From Betaproteobacteria bacterium (GTDB taxonomy: Bacteria > Pseudomonadota > Gammaproteobacteria > Burkholderiales > SHXO01), in assembly GCA_009693245.1 (NCBI GenBank), contig SHXO01000002.1, positions 6,280 to 70,279 on the forward strand: a stretch of DNA of 64,000 bases, written 5' to 3'. A model generated the notes under the pieces. The model made no database searches. It had not been told where the DNA came from and saw only the letters and a list, made by a program, of their open reading frames with translations. Each line of letters opens with the position of its first letter. The stretch's first letter is position 1. The position numbers and the translations under genes are program-made. Positions 10,334-21,613 of the stretch are shown here, piece after piece.

Positions 10334-12022
10334 GTGACACGCCGAGCGTTCTTGGAAGTGTTGGCCGTGGCAGGCATGGCGGGCCTAAGCGGCTTCGCGA
10401 GGGCGGAGTCGTTGTACGCTCGCCCGCGCTTCGGCAACGTCCACCTGTTGCACATCACGGATTGCCACGCTCAGCTCTTGCCTATCTATTATCGAGAGTC
10501 CAGCCTAAATATCGGGGTGGGCAATGCGAAGGGCAAGCCGCCGCATTTGGTGGGCGAGGCCTTCGCGCGACATTTCGGTTTGGCGAAAAATTCGCGCGAA
10601 CTACATGCCTTCACCCATTTGAATTTCACGGAGGCCGCGAATGTGTTCGGCAAGGTAGGCGGCTTCGCGCATCTTGCAACCTTGGTCAAGCAACTCAGAG
10701 CGGACCGGCCTAACGCATTGTTGTTAGATGGCGGGGATACGTGGCAGGGTTCCGCCACCGCCTTGTGGACTCAAGGCCAGGACATGGTGGATGCCTGCAA
10801 GCTTTTAGGCGTGGATGTGATGACTGGGCATTGGGAATTCACCTTGGGTGCCGCACGCGTGAACCACATCATCGAGCACGATTTCGCCGGGCACACCGAT
10901 TTTCTTGCGCAAAACGTGCACACGCGAGATTTCGCGGATCCCGTTTTTCCAAGCCATGCGGTAAAGGAGTTGAACGGCGTTCCCGTGGCCATCATCGGCC
11001 AAGCCTTTCCTCACACTGCCATCGCCAACCCCGCTCACCTGGTGCCAGATTGGTCCTTTGGGTTGCATGAGAACAAGTTGCAAGACTTGGTGGACAGTGT
11101 TCGCGGCCAAGGTGCGAGAGCGGTCGTGCTGCTATCTCACAACGGCATGGATGTGGATCTCAAGCTCGCGTCTCGTGTGAGCGGCATAGATGCGATTCTC
11201 GGCGGGCATACGCACGATGGTATTCCGAGCCCGGTGCTGGTGAAGAACCGTTCGGGGCAGACTCTGGTCACCAATGCCGGATCGAACGGAAAATTCCTCG
11301 GCGTACTGGACTTCGATGCGCGGCAAGGGCGAGTGAAGGATTTTCGCTATGCGCTTTTGCCGGTATACGCGAACCTCTTGCCAGCCGATCCGGCCATGCG
11401 TGATCTCATCGAGAAATCGCGCGCGCCCTTCCACGCCAAACTCACGCGCAAACTCGCGGTCACGGAAGGACTTCTATACCGCCGGGGAAATTTTGGCGGC
11501 ACCTTCGACCAACTTCTGCTCAACGCCCTGATGGAGGTCAAGGGCGCGCAAATCGCGCTATCGCCGGGATTTCGCTGGGGCACGAGCTTGCTGCCGGGTG
11601 ACGCGGTCACGGTGGAGGACGTGTTCAACCAGACCGCCATCACCTACCCCGCCACCACGCTCACGGACATGAAGGGCGGGCAAATCAAGGATATTCTGGA
11701 GGATGTCTGCGACAACCTGTTCAACCCCGATCCCTATTACCAGCAAGGCGGCGATATGGTTCGGGTGGGCGGGATGACTTACACATGCACTCCCAACGCC
11801 AAGATGGGTGCGCGTATCGGCGATATGCGTATAGGCGGCCGGCCCATCGAGGCGGACAGGGTCTATAAGGTGGCGGGCTGGGCCCCGGTGAGCGAAGGCG
11901 TCACTGGCGAGCCCATGTGGGATCTGCTACAAACCTATCTGCGCGCCCATCCCAATATCGAGCCTCTCACGCCTCAAGTGCCGAAGCTGGTGGGCGTCGA
12001 AGAAAATCCAGGAGCAGGGTAG
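10334..12022 (+). CDS. soxB: Thiosulfohydrolase SoxB
   Basis: Tat signal TRRAFL; TDCHAQL, LDGGDTWQG, GHWEFT, LSHNGMDVD, GGHTHD, FNPDPYYQQGGDMVR. Confidence 0.95.
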   Translation: MTRRAFLEVLAVAGMAGLSGFARAESLYARPRFGNVHLLHITDCHAQLLPIYYRESSLNIGVGNAKGKPPHLVGEAFARHFGLAKNSRELHAFTHLNFTEAANVFGKVGGFAHLATLVKQLRADRPNALLLDGGDTWQGSATALWTQGQDMVDACKLLGVDVMTGHWEFTLGAARVNHIIEHDFAGHTDFLAQNVHTRDFADPVFPSHAVKELNGVPVAIIGQAFPHTAIANPAHLVPDWSFGLHENKLQDLVDSVRGQGARAVVLLSHNGMDVDLKLASRVSGIDAILGGHTHDGIPSPVLVKNRSGQTLVTNAGSNGKFLGVLDFDARQGRVKDFRYALLPVYANLLPADPAMRDLIEKSRAPFHAKLTRKLAVTEGLLYRRGNFGGTFDQLLLNALMEVKGAQIALSPGFRWGTSLLPGDAVTVEDVFNQTAITYPATTLTDMKGGQIKDILEDVCDNLFNPDPYYQQGGDMVRVGGMTYTCTPNAKMGARIGDMRIGGRPIEADRVYKVAGWAPVSEGVTGEPMWDLLQTYLRAHPNIEPLTPQVPKLVGVEENPGAG

Positions 12023-12089
12023 GTGGACTGTCACCGTTTGACTGGCTCGTGCGTTTTGGAGGCGTTAAGAACTCATAAAGGAGACCCCG

Positions 12090-12383
12090 ATGAAAGCCCT
12101 ATTCACAGCAGGCGTTCTAGCGCTCGCCAGCGCAAGCGCTCACGCGGCGGACGCAAATCACGCCAGTTATCTTGCCTCCACCTGTGCCAGCTGCCATGGC
12201 ACGGACGGCAAGTCCACCGGATCGGTGGCGAGCCTGGCGGGCCAGCCGGCGGCTGACTTACTCACCAAGTTGGCCGAATTCAAGGACGGTACGCGCCCGG
12301 CGACCATCATGCACCAGATCGCCAAGGGCTACACCGGCGAGCAACTCAAACTCATCGCCGAGTTTTTCTCGGCGCAGAAATAA
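12090..12383 (+). CDS. fccA: Mono-heme cytochrome c subunit of flavocytochrome c sulfide dehydrogenase
   Basis: Signal peptide, CASCH, ATIMHQIAKGY; RBS aaggag; directly upstream of fccB. Confidence 0.85.
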   Translation: MKALFTAGVLALASASAHAADANHASYLASTCASCHGTDGKSTGSVASLAGQPAADLLTKLAEFKDGTRPATIMHQIAKGYTGEQLKLIAEFFSAQK

Positions 12384-12393
12384 GGAGGCGGTC

Positions 12394-13668
12394 ATGACGG
12401 ATAGACGCGATTTCATCAAGTCGGCCGCCGCGGTGGCGGGGACCGCCATCACAGGTTTCCCGGCCATCGTGCATGGGATGGGGCAAAAGAACGTGGTCGT
12501 GATCGGCGGCGGTTACGGCGGTGCGACCGCTGCCCGCTACGTCATGCGCTGGGGCGGGCCGAAGTTTCGGGTGACGCTGATCGAGCGCAATACGCAGTTC
12601 ATCTCCTGCCCGCTTTCCAATCTGGTGCTGGGCGGCAGCAAGACGCTCGCGGACATCACGCGCTCCTACGATGGTTTGCGCAAGGAGCTCATCATGACTG
12701 TGCAAGACGAGGCCGCGGCCATCGACCCGGCCGCCCATTTGGTGAAGCTCAAGAGCGGGCGCAATATCGACTACGAACGCCTGATTGTCTCCCCTGGGGT
12801 GGATTTTCTCTGGGACCAGGTGGGCGGAATGAGTAGCCCCGAGGCGCAAGCCAAGATCCTGCACGCCTGGAAGGCGGGCCCTCAGACCGTGGCGCTACGC
12901 AAACAATTGGAGGCCATGGACGACGGCGGCGTATTTGGCATTTCCATTCCGCTGGCGCCCTATCGTTGCCCGCCCGGGCCCTACGAGCGGGCGTGCCAAG
13001 TCGCGCATTACTTCAAGCAATACAAGCCGAAATCCAAGGTGCTGGTGCTGGACGCCAATGACAAAATTGTTTCCAAGCCGGCCCTGTTCGAGAAGGCTTT
13101 CAAGGAGCGTTACGCGAACATCATCGAATACCGGCCCAATAGCAAGCTCGTGGAAATGGATATCGCTACCAACACCGCGAAATTCGAGTTCGACGATGTG
13201 AAGGCGGACGTGTGGAACGTGATCCCGCCCCAGCGCGCCGCGGACATAGCCAAGCAGGCGGGGTTAATCACGGCCAACAATAAATGGTGCGAAGTGAACT
13301 GGCTGTCCATGGTCTCCAAGGCGGATCCGGACATCCATGTCTTGGGCGATGCAACGCTCTCCGGGCCCATGATGCCCAAGTCCGGGCACATGGCGAACCA
13401 GCATGGCAAGCTGGCCGCCGCCGCCATCGTGAACCTCATGAACGGCAAGGAGCCCAATCCCGAACCCGTGGTGATGAACACTTGCTACAGCTTCTTGGAC
13501 GACAAGAGCGTGATCCACGTAGCCTCGGTGCACCAGTACAACAAGGAAAAGAAAGTAGTGGAGCCGGTGCAAGGAGCGGGCGGCGTTTCCAAGGAAGCTT
13601 CCGAGCTGGAAGGCGAGTATGCGTTCTCCTGGGCGAAGAATATTTGGGCGGATATGCTTGGGGGGTGA
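12394..13668 (+). CDS. fccB: Flavocytochrome c sulfide dehydrogenase flavoprotein subunit (FccB/SoxF)
   Basis: RBS aggagg and ATG at 12394, Tat signal DRRDFIK, GGGYGG FAD motif, SCPLSN, YRCPPGPYERA, NTCYS. Confidence 0.92.
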   Translation: MTDRRDFIKSAAAVAGTAITGFPAIVHGMGQKNVVVIGGGYGGATAARYVMRWGGPKFRVTLIERNTQFISCPLSNLVLGGSKTLADITRSYDGLRKELIMTVQDEAAAIDPAAHLVKLKSGRNIDYERLIVSPGVDFLWDQVGGMSSPEAQAKILHAWKAGPQTVALRKQLEAMDDGGVFGISIPLAPYRCPPGPYERACQVAHYFKQYKPKSKVLVLDANDKIVSKPALFEKAFKERYANIIEYRPNSKLVEMDIATNTAKFEFDDVKADVWNVIPPQRAADIAKQAGLITANNKWCEVNWLSMVSKADPDIHVLGDATLSGPMMPKSGHMANQHGKLAAAAIVNLMNGKEPNPEPVVMNTCYSFLDDKSVIHVASVHQYNKEKKVVEPVQGAGGVSKEASELEGEYAFSWAKNIWADMLGG

Positions 13669-13795
13669 GACGTGCAGGGTGCAGGGTGCAGGGTGAAGGG
13701 TGCCCCCACCCTATCCCTCTCCCGCGAGCAGGGGAGGGGACGATATTTCACGTCTCACGCTTAACATCTCACGCCTATCGCCTCACGCCTCACCG
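13665..13795. repeat. Inverted heptamer-repeat arrays enclosing a REP-like hairpin
   Basis: gtgagacgtg (13665-74) is the reverse complement of cacgtctcac (13749-58); (TGCAGGG)3 TGAAGGG at 13673-700; REP at 13703-40; seven CTCACGC-like heptamers at 13747-95. Confidence 0.75.
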
Positions 13796-15253
13796 CCTAC
13801 AACACTTCTTCTTACCCGGCGTTGCATACGCCCATTCGATCACGGCGTCGTGAAAGCCTTGCGAGGCGCGCGCGCTTGCGCCGTTGACTAGGCACACCAC
13901 GACCACCATGCGGTCCTCCTCGTCTTGAACGAAACCCACGCTGGCGCGCACGCCCTCTAGGTATCCCGTCTTGATGTGCGCGCGGCCGGTGGTGGGGCTC
14001 TCCTTCAAGCGCTTGCGCATGGTGCCGTCGATGCCGCTCAGGGGAAGGGACGCGATGAATTCGGGCGCGAGCGGAGATATCGCCGCCCACAGCAGCAGCT
14101 TGCCAAGATGTTCCGGGCTGATCCGCTCCGCGCGTGAGAGGCCCGATCCGTTTTCCACCACCAACTCCGGAAAATCGAAGCCCTCGCGATTAAGCCATTG
14201 CCTGAGCGCGTGGGCCGATTTCTCCGCGTTCAGGGGCGGCACGTTCTCGGCGAGACCTAGAGCGAGAAACAAGTGCCGGGCCATGACGTTATTGCTGAAT
14301 TTATTGATGTCGCGAATGAGTTCGGAAAGCGGTTCCGATCCATGGGTTGCAATCAATTGGGCATACATGGATCCGGTGCCATCGCTCGCTTGCCCTGAGA
14401 GAGTTCCCCCCAATTCGCGCCATAACTCGCGGAACACGGCCTCGATGTATCGCGGCGAGGACAGCGGGCTATAGTTCCGCGACGTTTCTCCGCAGGGGAT
14501 GGGAAAATCCCCCTTGAATAGCATTTGGCCGGAGCCCGCGTCGTGGACGGGGTCCTGCGGCCAATCGGCGCAGGCCATATCCACCGCGTGAAGTTGGTTG
14601 AGCAACGTGATCTGCGGCAGTGGCGGATGCATGAGTATTGCCACTTGGCCAGAATCCGCCTTCGGTATGAAATTGAGCCGAACGGCGTTGAAGTTCACCA
14701 GCAACGCATCGGGCAGCGCGTTGTAGGGACGCAGACTATCGCCATCGAAATCTCCGGGCGCGCCATTCACCGTTTCGAAAAAGGTGCGGTCCAGCACCAA
14801 CTCCCCGTGGATGTGCCGAACGCCCCGAGCGCGAACTTCGCGCAGCAAGGTCCAGAATTCCTCCAGGGTGAGCTTGGGATCCCCGGCCCCTTTAAATACG
14901 AGGTTTCCGTCCAGTACGCCGTCCTTGACGGGCCCGTCGGCGTACACCTCCGTGCGCCAGGAGTAAGCGGGGCCCAGGACATGCAAGCCCGCGAGGGTCG
15001 TGACGAGCTTCATGGTCGAGGCGGGATTCATCGGGCGCTGCGCGTTATGAGCTAACCGCGCGGGCTTGGTCCCTACCACGTGAACGTACAAGCCTAGGTC
15101 TTCCGCGCGCAAGCCATGCTCCTTCGCGGCGCGCGCCAAGGGCTCCGGAAGAGGGGCAGTGCGCGCCCCGCCCGCGCACAGGAAAAGTACCGCCAGCAGG
15201 AGTGCTTTTATAACTCCACGATGGTTCCGCGTTCGGGCACTTTGGTGCTCCAT
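13790..15253 (-). CDS. dacB: D-alanyl-D-alanine carboxypeptidase/endopeptidase (PBP4)
   Basis: PASTMK (SxxK), KFSNN (SxN), IKTG, ENGSGLSR; start uncertain. Confidence 0.9.
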   Translation of the reverse strand: MEHQSARTRNHRGVIKALLLAVLFLCAGGARTAPLPEPLARAAKEHGLRAEDLGLYVHVVGTKPARLAHNAQRPMNPASTMKLVTTLAGLHVLGPAYSWRTEVYADGPVKDGVLDGNLVFKGAGDPKLTLEEFWTLLREVRARGVRHIHGELVLDRTFFETVNGAPGDFDGDSLRPYNALPDALLVNFNAVRLNFIPKADSGQVAILMHPPLPQITLLNQLHAVDMACADWPQDPVHDAGSGQMLFKGDFPIPCGETSRNYSPLSSPRYIEAVFRELWRELGGTLSGQASDGTGSMYAQLIATHGSEPLSELIRDINKFSNNVMARHLFLALGLAENVPPLNAEKSAHALRQWLNREGFDFPELVVENGSGLSRAERISPEHLGKLLLWAAISPLAPEFIASLPLSGIDGTMRKRLKESPTTGRAHIKTGYLEGVRASVGFVQDEEDRMVVVVCLVNGASARASQGFHDAVIEWAYATPGKKKCCRR

Positions 15254-16595
15254 CCCAACTCCTCTTGAATGACTTCGCTGAAAGCGATGGCCGCCGCGTA
15301 CTCGCCATGCACGATGTAGGTCTAGCGCGGCGGCGCGGGCATTTGCCGCATCCATTGCAGCAATCCTTCCTGGTCCGCGTGCGCGGACAAGCCGCCGATG
15401 GTATGAATGCTTGCGCGCACCGCAATCTCGTCGCCGAAGATGCGCACGCGGGACGCGCCATCCACCAAGCGCCGGCCAAGCGTACCTTGCGCTTGGAATC
15501 CCATGATGATTACACAGGACTCTTCCCGCGGAAGATTAGCCCGTAAATGAAACTTGATGCGCCCCGCATCGCACATGCCCGAGCCCGCGATGATGATGGC
15601 ACCTTGTTCGCGGCGGCTTAGCTCGCCGGATTCATCGGCGCTTTCGACGAAACGGATATTGAGATCGTGCTCTTGTTCGATTCCCGCTTCGAACATGGGC
15701 GCCACGTCCGGGTCGAGCACCTTCCAATGTTTTAGAGTGGCCGTGGTGGCCTTGGTGGCGAGTGGCGAATCCACGAATACATCCATGGCGGGTAAGCGGC
15801 CCTCCCGGTGCAAGCGGATGAGCAGATACAAAAGCTCTTGCGTTCGGCCCACCGCGAAGGCCGGAATGACGATATTGCCGCGTTTGAGCGCGAGGGTACG
15901 CGTGATGATGTCCACGAACTCATCGAGCGTCGCGGCCAGCTTGCGGTGCTGGCGGTTGCCGTAGGTGGATTCCATCACCAAAACGTCCGCTTGCGCCAGG
16001 GCTGCCGGGTCGCGCACCAGTGGCCGCCCGCGATTACCGATGTCTCCCGAGAATACTAGACGCCGCGTGACGCCATCTTCCGTGATGGCCAATTCGATGA
16101 ACGCCGCGCCCAGAATGTGGCCCGCCTCCCGGAAACAAGCGCGCACGCTAGGGCACGGAGAAAACTCTTCGTCATGGGAATGGGCCCGCAGTTGCGCCAA
16201 GGTTCGCAGTGCTTGAGTGGCCGTGTAGAGCGGCTCTCCCTGTTTAGCGCCGTGGCGCTGCTCCTTGCGCCGTTGCGCTTCGTACTCCTGAATGTGGGCC
16301 GCGTCGAGCAGCATGGGTTCGAGCAGGGCGCAGGTGGCGGCGGTCGCGTGGATGAGCCCTTGGAATCCCATCGCAATCAAACGAGGCAGCAGCCCGGAGT
16401 GGTCGATGTGGGCGTGTGTGAGCAAGACAAAATCGAGGCCGTGTATCCAGGGGCCCAATGCAACGCGGTTTTTCTCCGAAGCATCGCGCCCCCCTGAAAA
16501 AGCCCGCAATCCACCAGAAAGCGCGCGTCATTGCTCTCTAACAGAAAACAAGAACCGGTGACCTCTCGTGCCGCGCCGAGGAATTGGAGATTCAT
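15208..16595 (-). pseudogene. MBL-fold/beta-CASP RNA-metabolising metallohydrolase, disrupted
   Basis: [16 protein letters not shown]...DCGLFQGG, then a frameshift in a G6 run (16489-94), then THAHIDHSG and SAHAD; in-frame TAG at 15322-24 followed by TYIVHGE...TIVEL*. Confidence 0.85.
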
Positions 16596-16804
16596 GGGGG
16601 AGTTATCTATTCGTGGACATTCTACGCATTGGCAGCGTACCACCACGAGCGCTAGCACTTAATCGCGGCGAACACGGTTACATTTCAGGTTCAGGGATTT
16701 CGTCCGATGACATTGGCAGGGGACGCGAATTTTCGCGGTGTTGCGATATCAAGAACGCAAAGGCGGCCAGCCCATGCCGCGATTAATTACGGTGGAGGAA
16801 GGGT

Positions 16805-17425
16805 ATGGAATTTATCGATCGAATCGAACAACAACTCTCGGCTACCAAGCTGCCCTTGGTGGCGATCACCTTCGCGGCGGTGCCATGTCCCGACACTCCA
16901 GTCATTCTCACCTTGCACTGGCACGGTTTCATAAGCGATAAAATCGCCGACGTGGAAGGTGCCAACCCCGTGCGATTCACCTCGGTTCCAAGCTCAGCGC
17001 TGCAATTGAACGAACATTGGGACGATGTGGAAGATCTCGACCGCGCCACCTTGGACGCGGCCTGGGCCTTCGGCGCCTGGGATGTCGCCCGCGCCGAGCG
17101 GCCATCGTGCATGCGGCCAGGTGCGCAATCCCGGGAGGCGGTGGAGTGCCTGCAAGCCTTTGGCGGATTTCCCTTCGGAGCCCATGGCGACCAAGTGGTG
17201 GTTGCAGACGCGCCCGACGCGGATGAACTCATCAGCGTGGCAGCCAAGCGCGGTTACCTCATGTGGATGTTCCGGCCCGTGCATGGCGGCATTTGGAAGG
17301 ACGTCGCGGAGGATGCCACCCTCAAACCCGATGGCAAGCGCGAACCGCCTTGCCACTTGGAGCCCGTCCCTCCTGTTGGTAGGGGCATGCGCAAGACCGT
17401 CTATCGTTTGGGCGCCCCGCTCTAA
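16805..17425 (+). CDS. Hypothetical protein (206 aa)
   Basis: RBS ggagg/aagggt, protein-like composition, motifs LHWHGF, WAFGAWD, WMFRPVHGGIW; no GGDEF or other recognisable catalytic motif. Confidence 0.7.
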   Translation: MEFIDRIEQQLSATKLPLVAITFAAVPCPDTPVILTLHWHGFISDKIADVEGANPVRFTSVPSSALQLNEHWDDVEDLDRATLDAAWAFGAWDVARAERPSCMRPGAQSREAVECLQAFGGFPFGAHGDQVVVADAPDADELISVAAKRGYLMWMFRPVHGGIWKDVAEDATLKPDGKREPPCHLEPVPPVGRGMRKTVYRLGAPL

Positions 17426-17543
17426 CCTCACGGCCGAAGCCATAGCCGCCCGCGGGCGGTAGAAGTACCCCAGCTCGTTCTAACTGGCACTCCATCCCGG
17501 AATGCCCATAACTTCTTGTCCTATCCGGAATGCCCAGTTACTA

Positions 17544-17570
17544 TTAGCACTCAGTAGTAAGGAGTGCTAG
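17544..17570 (+). promoter_or_regulatory. CIRCE operator (HrcA site)
   Basis: TTAGCACTC-N9-GAGTGCTAG, one mismatch to consensus, upstream of groES. Confidence 0.92.
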
Positions 17571-17653
17571 CAGGGTGCCAGGAAGCCTGTGCCGGCCTTC
17601 CATCCAACCGAAGTAGTTCATACATTCAATCAGTTAGAGAAAAGGAGAATTCC

Positions 17654-17944
17654 ATGAAGATCCGGCCATTGCATGACCGAGTCGTCGTGAAGCGTCTGGA
17701 AGAGGAGCGCAAGACCGCCTCTGGTATCGTCATCCCGGATACGGCGGCGGAAAAACCCGATTCAGGCGAGATCATGGCTGTGGGCTCGGGCAAGATCGGC
17801 GACGACGGCAAAGTGCGTCCGCTGGATGTGAAGAAGGGCGACAAAGTCCTGTTCGGCAAGTATTCCGGCCAGACCGTCAAGGTCGACGGCGTGGAGTACC
17901 TGGTGATGCGCGAAGAAGATCTGATGGGCGTGATCGAGGGCTAA
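17654..17944 (+). CDS. groES: Co-chaperonin GroES
   Basis: [14 protein letters not shown]...; RBS aggag. Confidence 0.98.
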   Translation: MKIRPLHDRVVVKRLEEERKTASGIVIPDTAAEKPDSGEIMAVGSGKIGDDGKVRPLDVKKGDKVLFGKYSGQTVKVDGVEYLVMREEDLMGVIEG

Positions 17945-17976
17945 CGCGCCTCTCCCCCTACTACCCACCAATTTAG

Positions 17977-19641
<1,665 letters not shown>

Positions 19642-19674
19642 TTGGGTCCAACCCTCCAGCAGTAAACGCAGTAC

Positions 19675-19710
19675 AAGAGAGCCCCGCCCAGTGCTGGGCT
19701 CTTTCTTTTT
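19675..19710 (+). terminator. Intrinsic terminator of groESL
   Basis: agagccc/gggctct stem followed by ttcttttt. Confidence 0.75.
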
Positions 19711-19841
19711 ACCCCTCATGCTATTGCCATGCTTGGGGACCGGCATTTTTAGTAATATGTTGCGCTTCCCTGTAGCCAGGGCCCATTCGCTGGCGGGCGG
19801 CACGGGGGCACAATCCATAAAACCGATTCGGGGAGAGCACT

Positions 19842-21506
19842 ATGGCTGTAGCGTCCGCCGCTGTACAGGGTGAAGTCCGGCCCATGACCGCCGACGAGAA
19901 GAGAGTTATTTTCGCCTCGTCCCTGGGTACCGTATTCGAGTGGTACGACTTTTATCTGTTCGGCGTCATGGCGGCCATCATCGCCAAGAACTTCTTCTCC
20001 GCGCTGGACGATTCCACCCGGGTCATCTTCACTCTGCTGGCCTTCGCCGCGGGTTTCGCGGTGCGCCCCTTTGGCGCCATCGTGTTCGGGCGCCTGGGAG
20101 ACCTCGTAGGCCGAAAGTACACCTTCTTGATCACCATCATGATCATGGGTACATCGACCTTCATCGTTGGCCTGCTGCCTAACTATGCTTCCATCGGGCT
20201 TGCGGCGCCCGTCATCCTCATCGCTCTTCGCCTGCTGCAAGGCTTGGCCCTGGGCGGCGAATACGGCGGCGCGGCCACTTACGTCGCCGAACACGCGCCC
20301 CATGGCAAGCGCGGTGCCTACACCGCTTGGATTCAAACCACCGCTACTGTCGGGTTGATGCTGGCACTTTTGGTCATCTTGGGAACCCGTACTGCCATGG
20401 GAGAAGAGGCCTTCACGGCTTGGGGCTGGCGCATTCCCTATCTGCTTTCCGTCATCCTGCTGGGCATTTCCGTGTGGATTCGTTTGCAGTTGAACGAGTC
20501 TCCCGCCTTCCAGAAAATGAAGAACGAAGGCAAGGGCTCGAAGGCGCCTCTAACGGAATCCTTCGGGCAATGGGCGAATTTGAAGATCGTGATTCTCGCC
20601 CTCGTCGGTTTGACAGCGGGGCAAGCGGTGGTCTGGTACACGGGCCAGTTCTACGCGCTGTTCTTCCTGGAGAAGATGGCCAAGGTGGACGGCCCCACGG
20701 CGAACATCCTCATCGCCGCGAGCCTGGTCATCGGCACGCCATTCTTTCTGCTGTTTGGCTCGCTCTCGGACAAGATCGGCCGCAAACCCATCATCATGGC
20801 GGGATGCTTGATCGCGGCTCTGACCTACTTTCCGCTCTTCAAAGCCCTCACGCACTACGCGAATCCGGACTTGGCCTCGGCACAGGCCAAGAGCCCCATC
20901 ATGGTCAACGCCGACCCATCGCAATGCTCCTTCCAGTTCAATCCAACGGGAACGGCGAAGTTCACCTCCAGTTGCGACGTAGCCAAGGCCTACCTCGCGC
21001 AAAACGGCTTGGATTATCACAACACGAAAGTCGAGCCAGGTACCACGGCGTCGGTGAAGATCGGCGAGAAAGTCATCGCCGCCTACGACGGCAAGGCGCC
21101 TAACGCCAAGGAAGAGGGCGCCCGCTTCAAGAAGGAAATGGACACGGCGGTGAAAGAGGCCGGCTACCCCGCGAAGGCCGACCCCGAGAAGATGAATAAG
21201 CCGATGCTGATCTTGCTTCTCACCATCATGGTGATCTACGTCACCATGGTCTACGGCCCCATCGCCGCCATGCTGGTGGAGATGTTCCCCACCCGTATCC
21301 GTTACACCTCCATGTCGTTGCCCTATCACATCGGTAACGGCTGGTTCGGCGGCTTCCTCCCCGCCACCGCCTTCGCCATCGTGGCCGCCAACGGGGACAT
21401 CTACTCCGGACTGTGGTACCCCATAGTGATCGCCGCCGGCACATTCGTCATCGGCATGCTCTTCGTGAAGGAGACCAAGGACGTCGATATCTACAAGCAC
21501 GACTAG
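19842..21506 (+). CDS. MFS metabolite:H+ symporter (MHS family)
   Basis: GTVFEWYDF, GRLGDLVGRK, GGEYGGA, WGWRIP, EMFPTRIRY. Confidence 0.93.
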   Translation: MAVASAAVQGEVRPMTADEKRVIFASSLGTVFEWYDFYLFGVMAAIIAKNFFSALDDSTRVIFTLLAFAAGFAVRPFGAIVFGRLGDLVGRKYTFLITIMIMGTSTFIVGLLPNYASIGLAAPVILIALRLLQGLALGGEYGGAATYVAEHAPHGKRGAYTAWIQTTATVGLMLALLVILGTRTAMGEEAFTAWGWRIPYLLSVILLGISVWIRLQLNESPAFQKMKNEGKGSKAPLTESFGQWANLKIVILALVGLTAGQAVVWYTGQFYALFFLEKMAKVDGPTANILIAASLVIGTPFFLLFGSLSDKIGRKPIIMAGCLIAALTYFPLFKALTHYANPDLASAQAKSPIMVNADPSQCSFQFNPTGTAKFTSSCDVAKAYLAQNGLDYHNTKVEPGTTASVKIGEKVIAAYDGKAPNAKEEGARFKKEMDTAVKEAGYPAKADPEKMNKPMLILLLTIMVIYVTMVYGPIAAMLVEMFPTRIRYTSMSLPYHIGNGWFGGFLPATAFAIVAANGDIYSGLWYPIVIAAGTFVIGMLFVKETKDVDIYKHD

Positions 21507-21547
21507 ATAATCGGCCACCGGAGGGCCCCACCCGGCCCTCCAAACGC

Positions 21548-21583
21548 TTTTGTTTTAGCACCCGCGCGGCTAGAATGCGCGCC
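21548..21583 (+). promoter_or_regulatory. Probable sigma70 stable-RNA promoter
   Basis: -10 TAGAAT (21571-76) followed by GC-rich discriminator GCGCGCC; weak -35. Confidence 0.6.
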
Positions 21584-21613
21584 TTTCGCCAGAGGGTCTT
21601 TAGCGGGCGAAAC

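Noticed and set aside
17484..17536. Second CIRCE, or a meaningful ccggaatgccca direct repeat (17497, 17525), upstream of groES
   Set aside because: Only one CIRCE half-site matches and the spacing is wrong; the 12-bp repeat has no supportable function.
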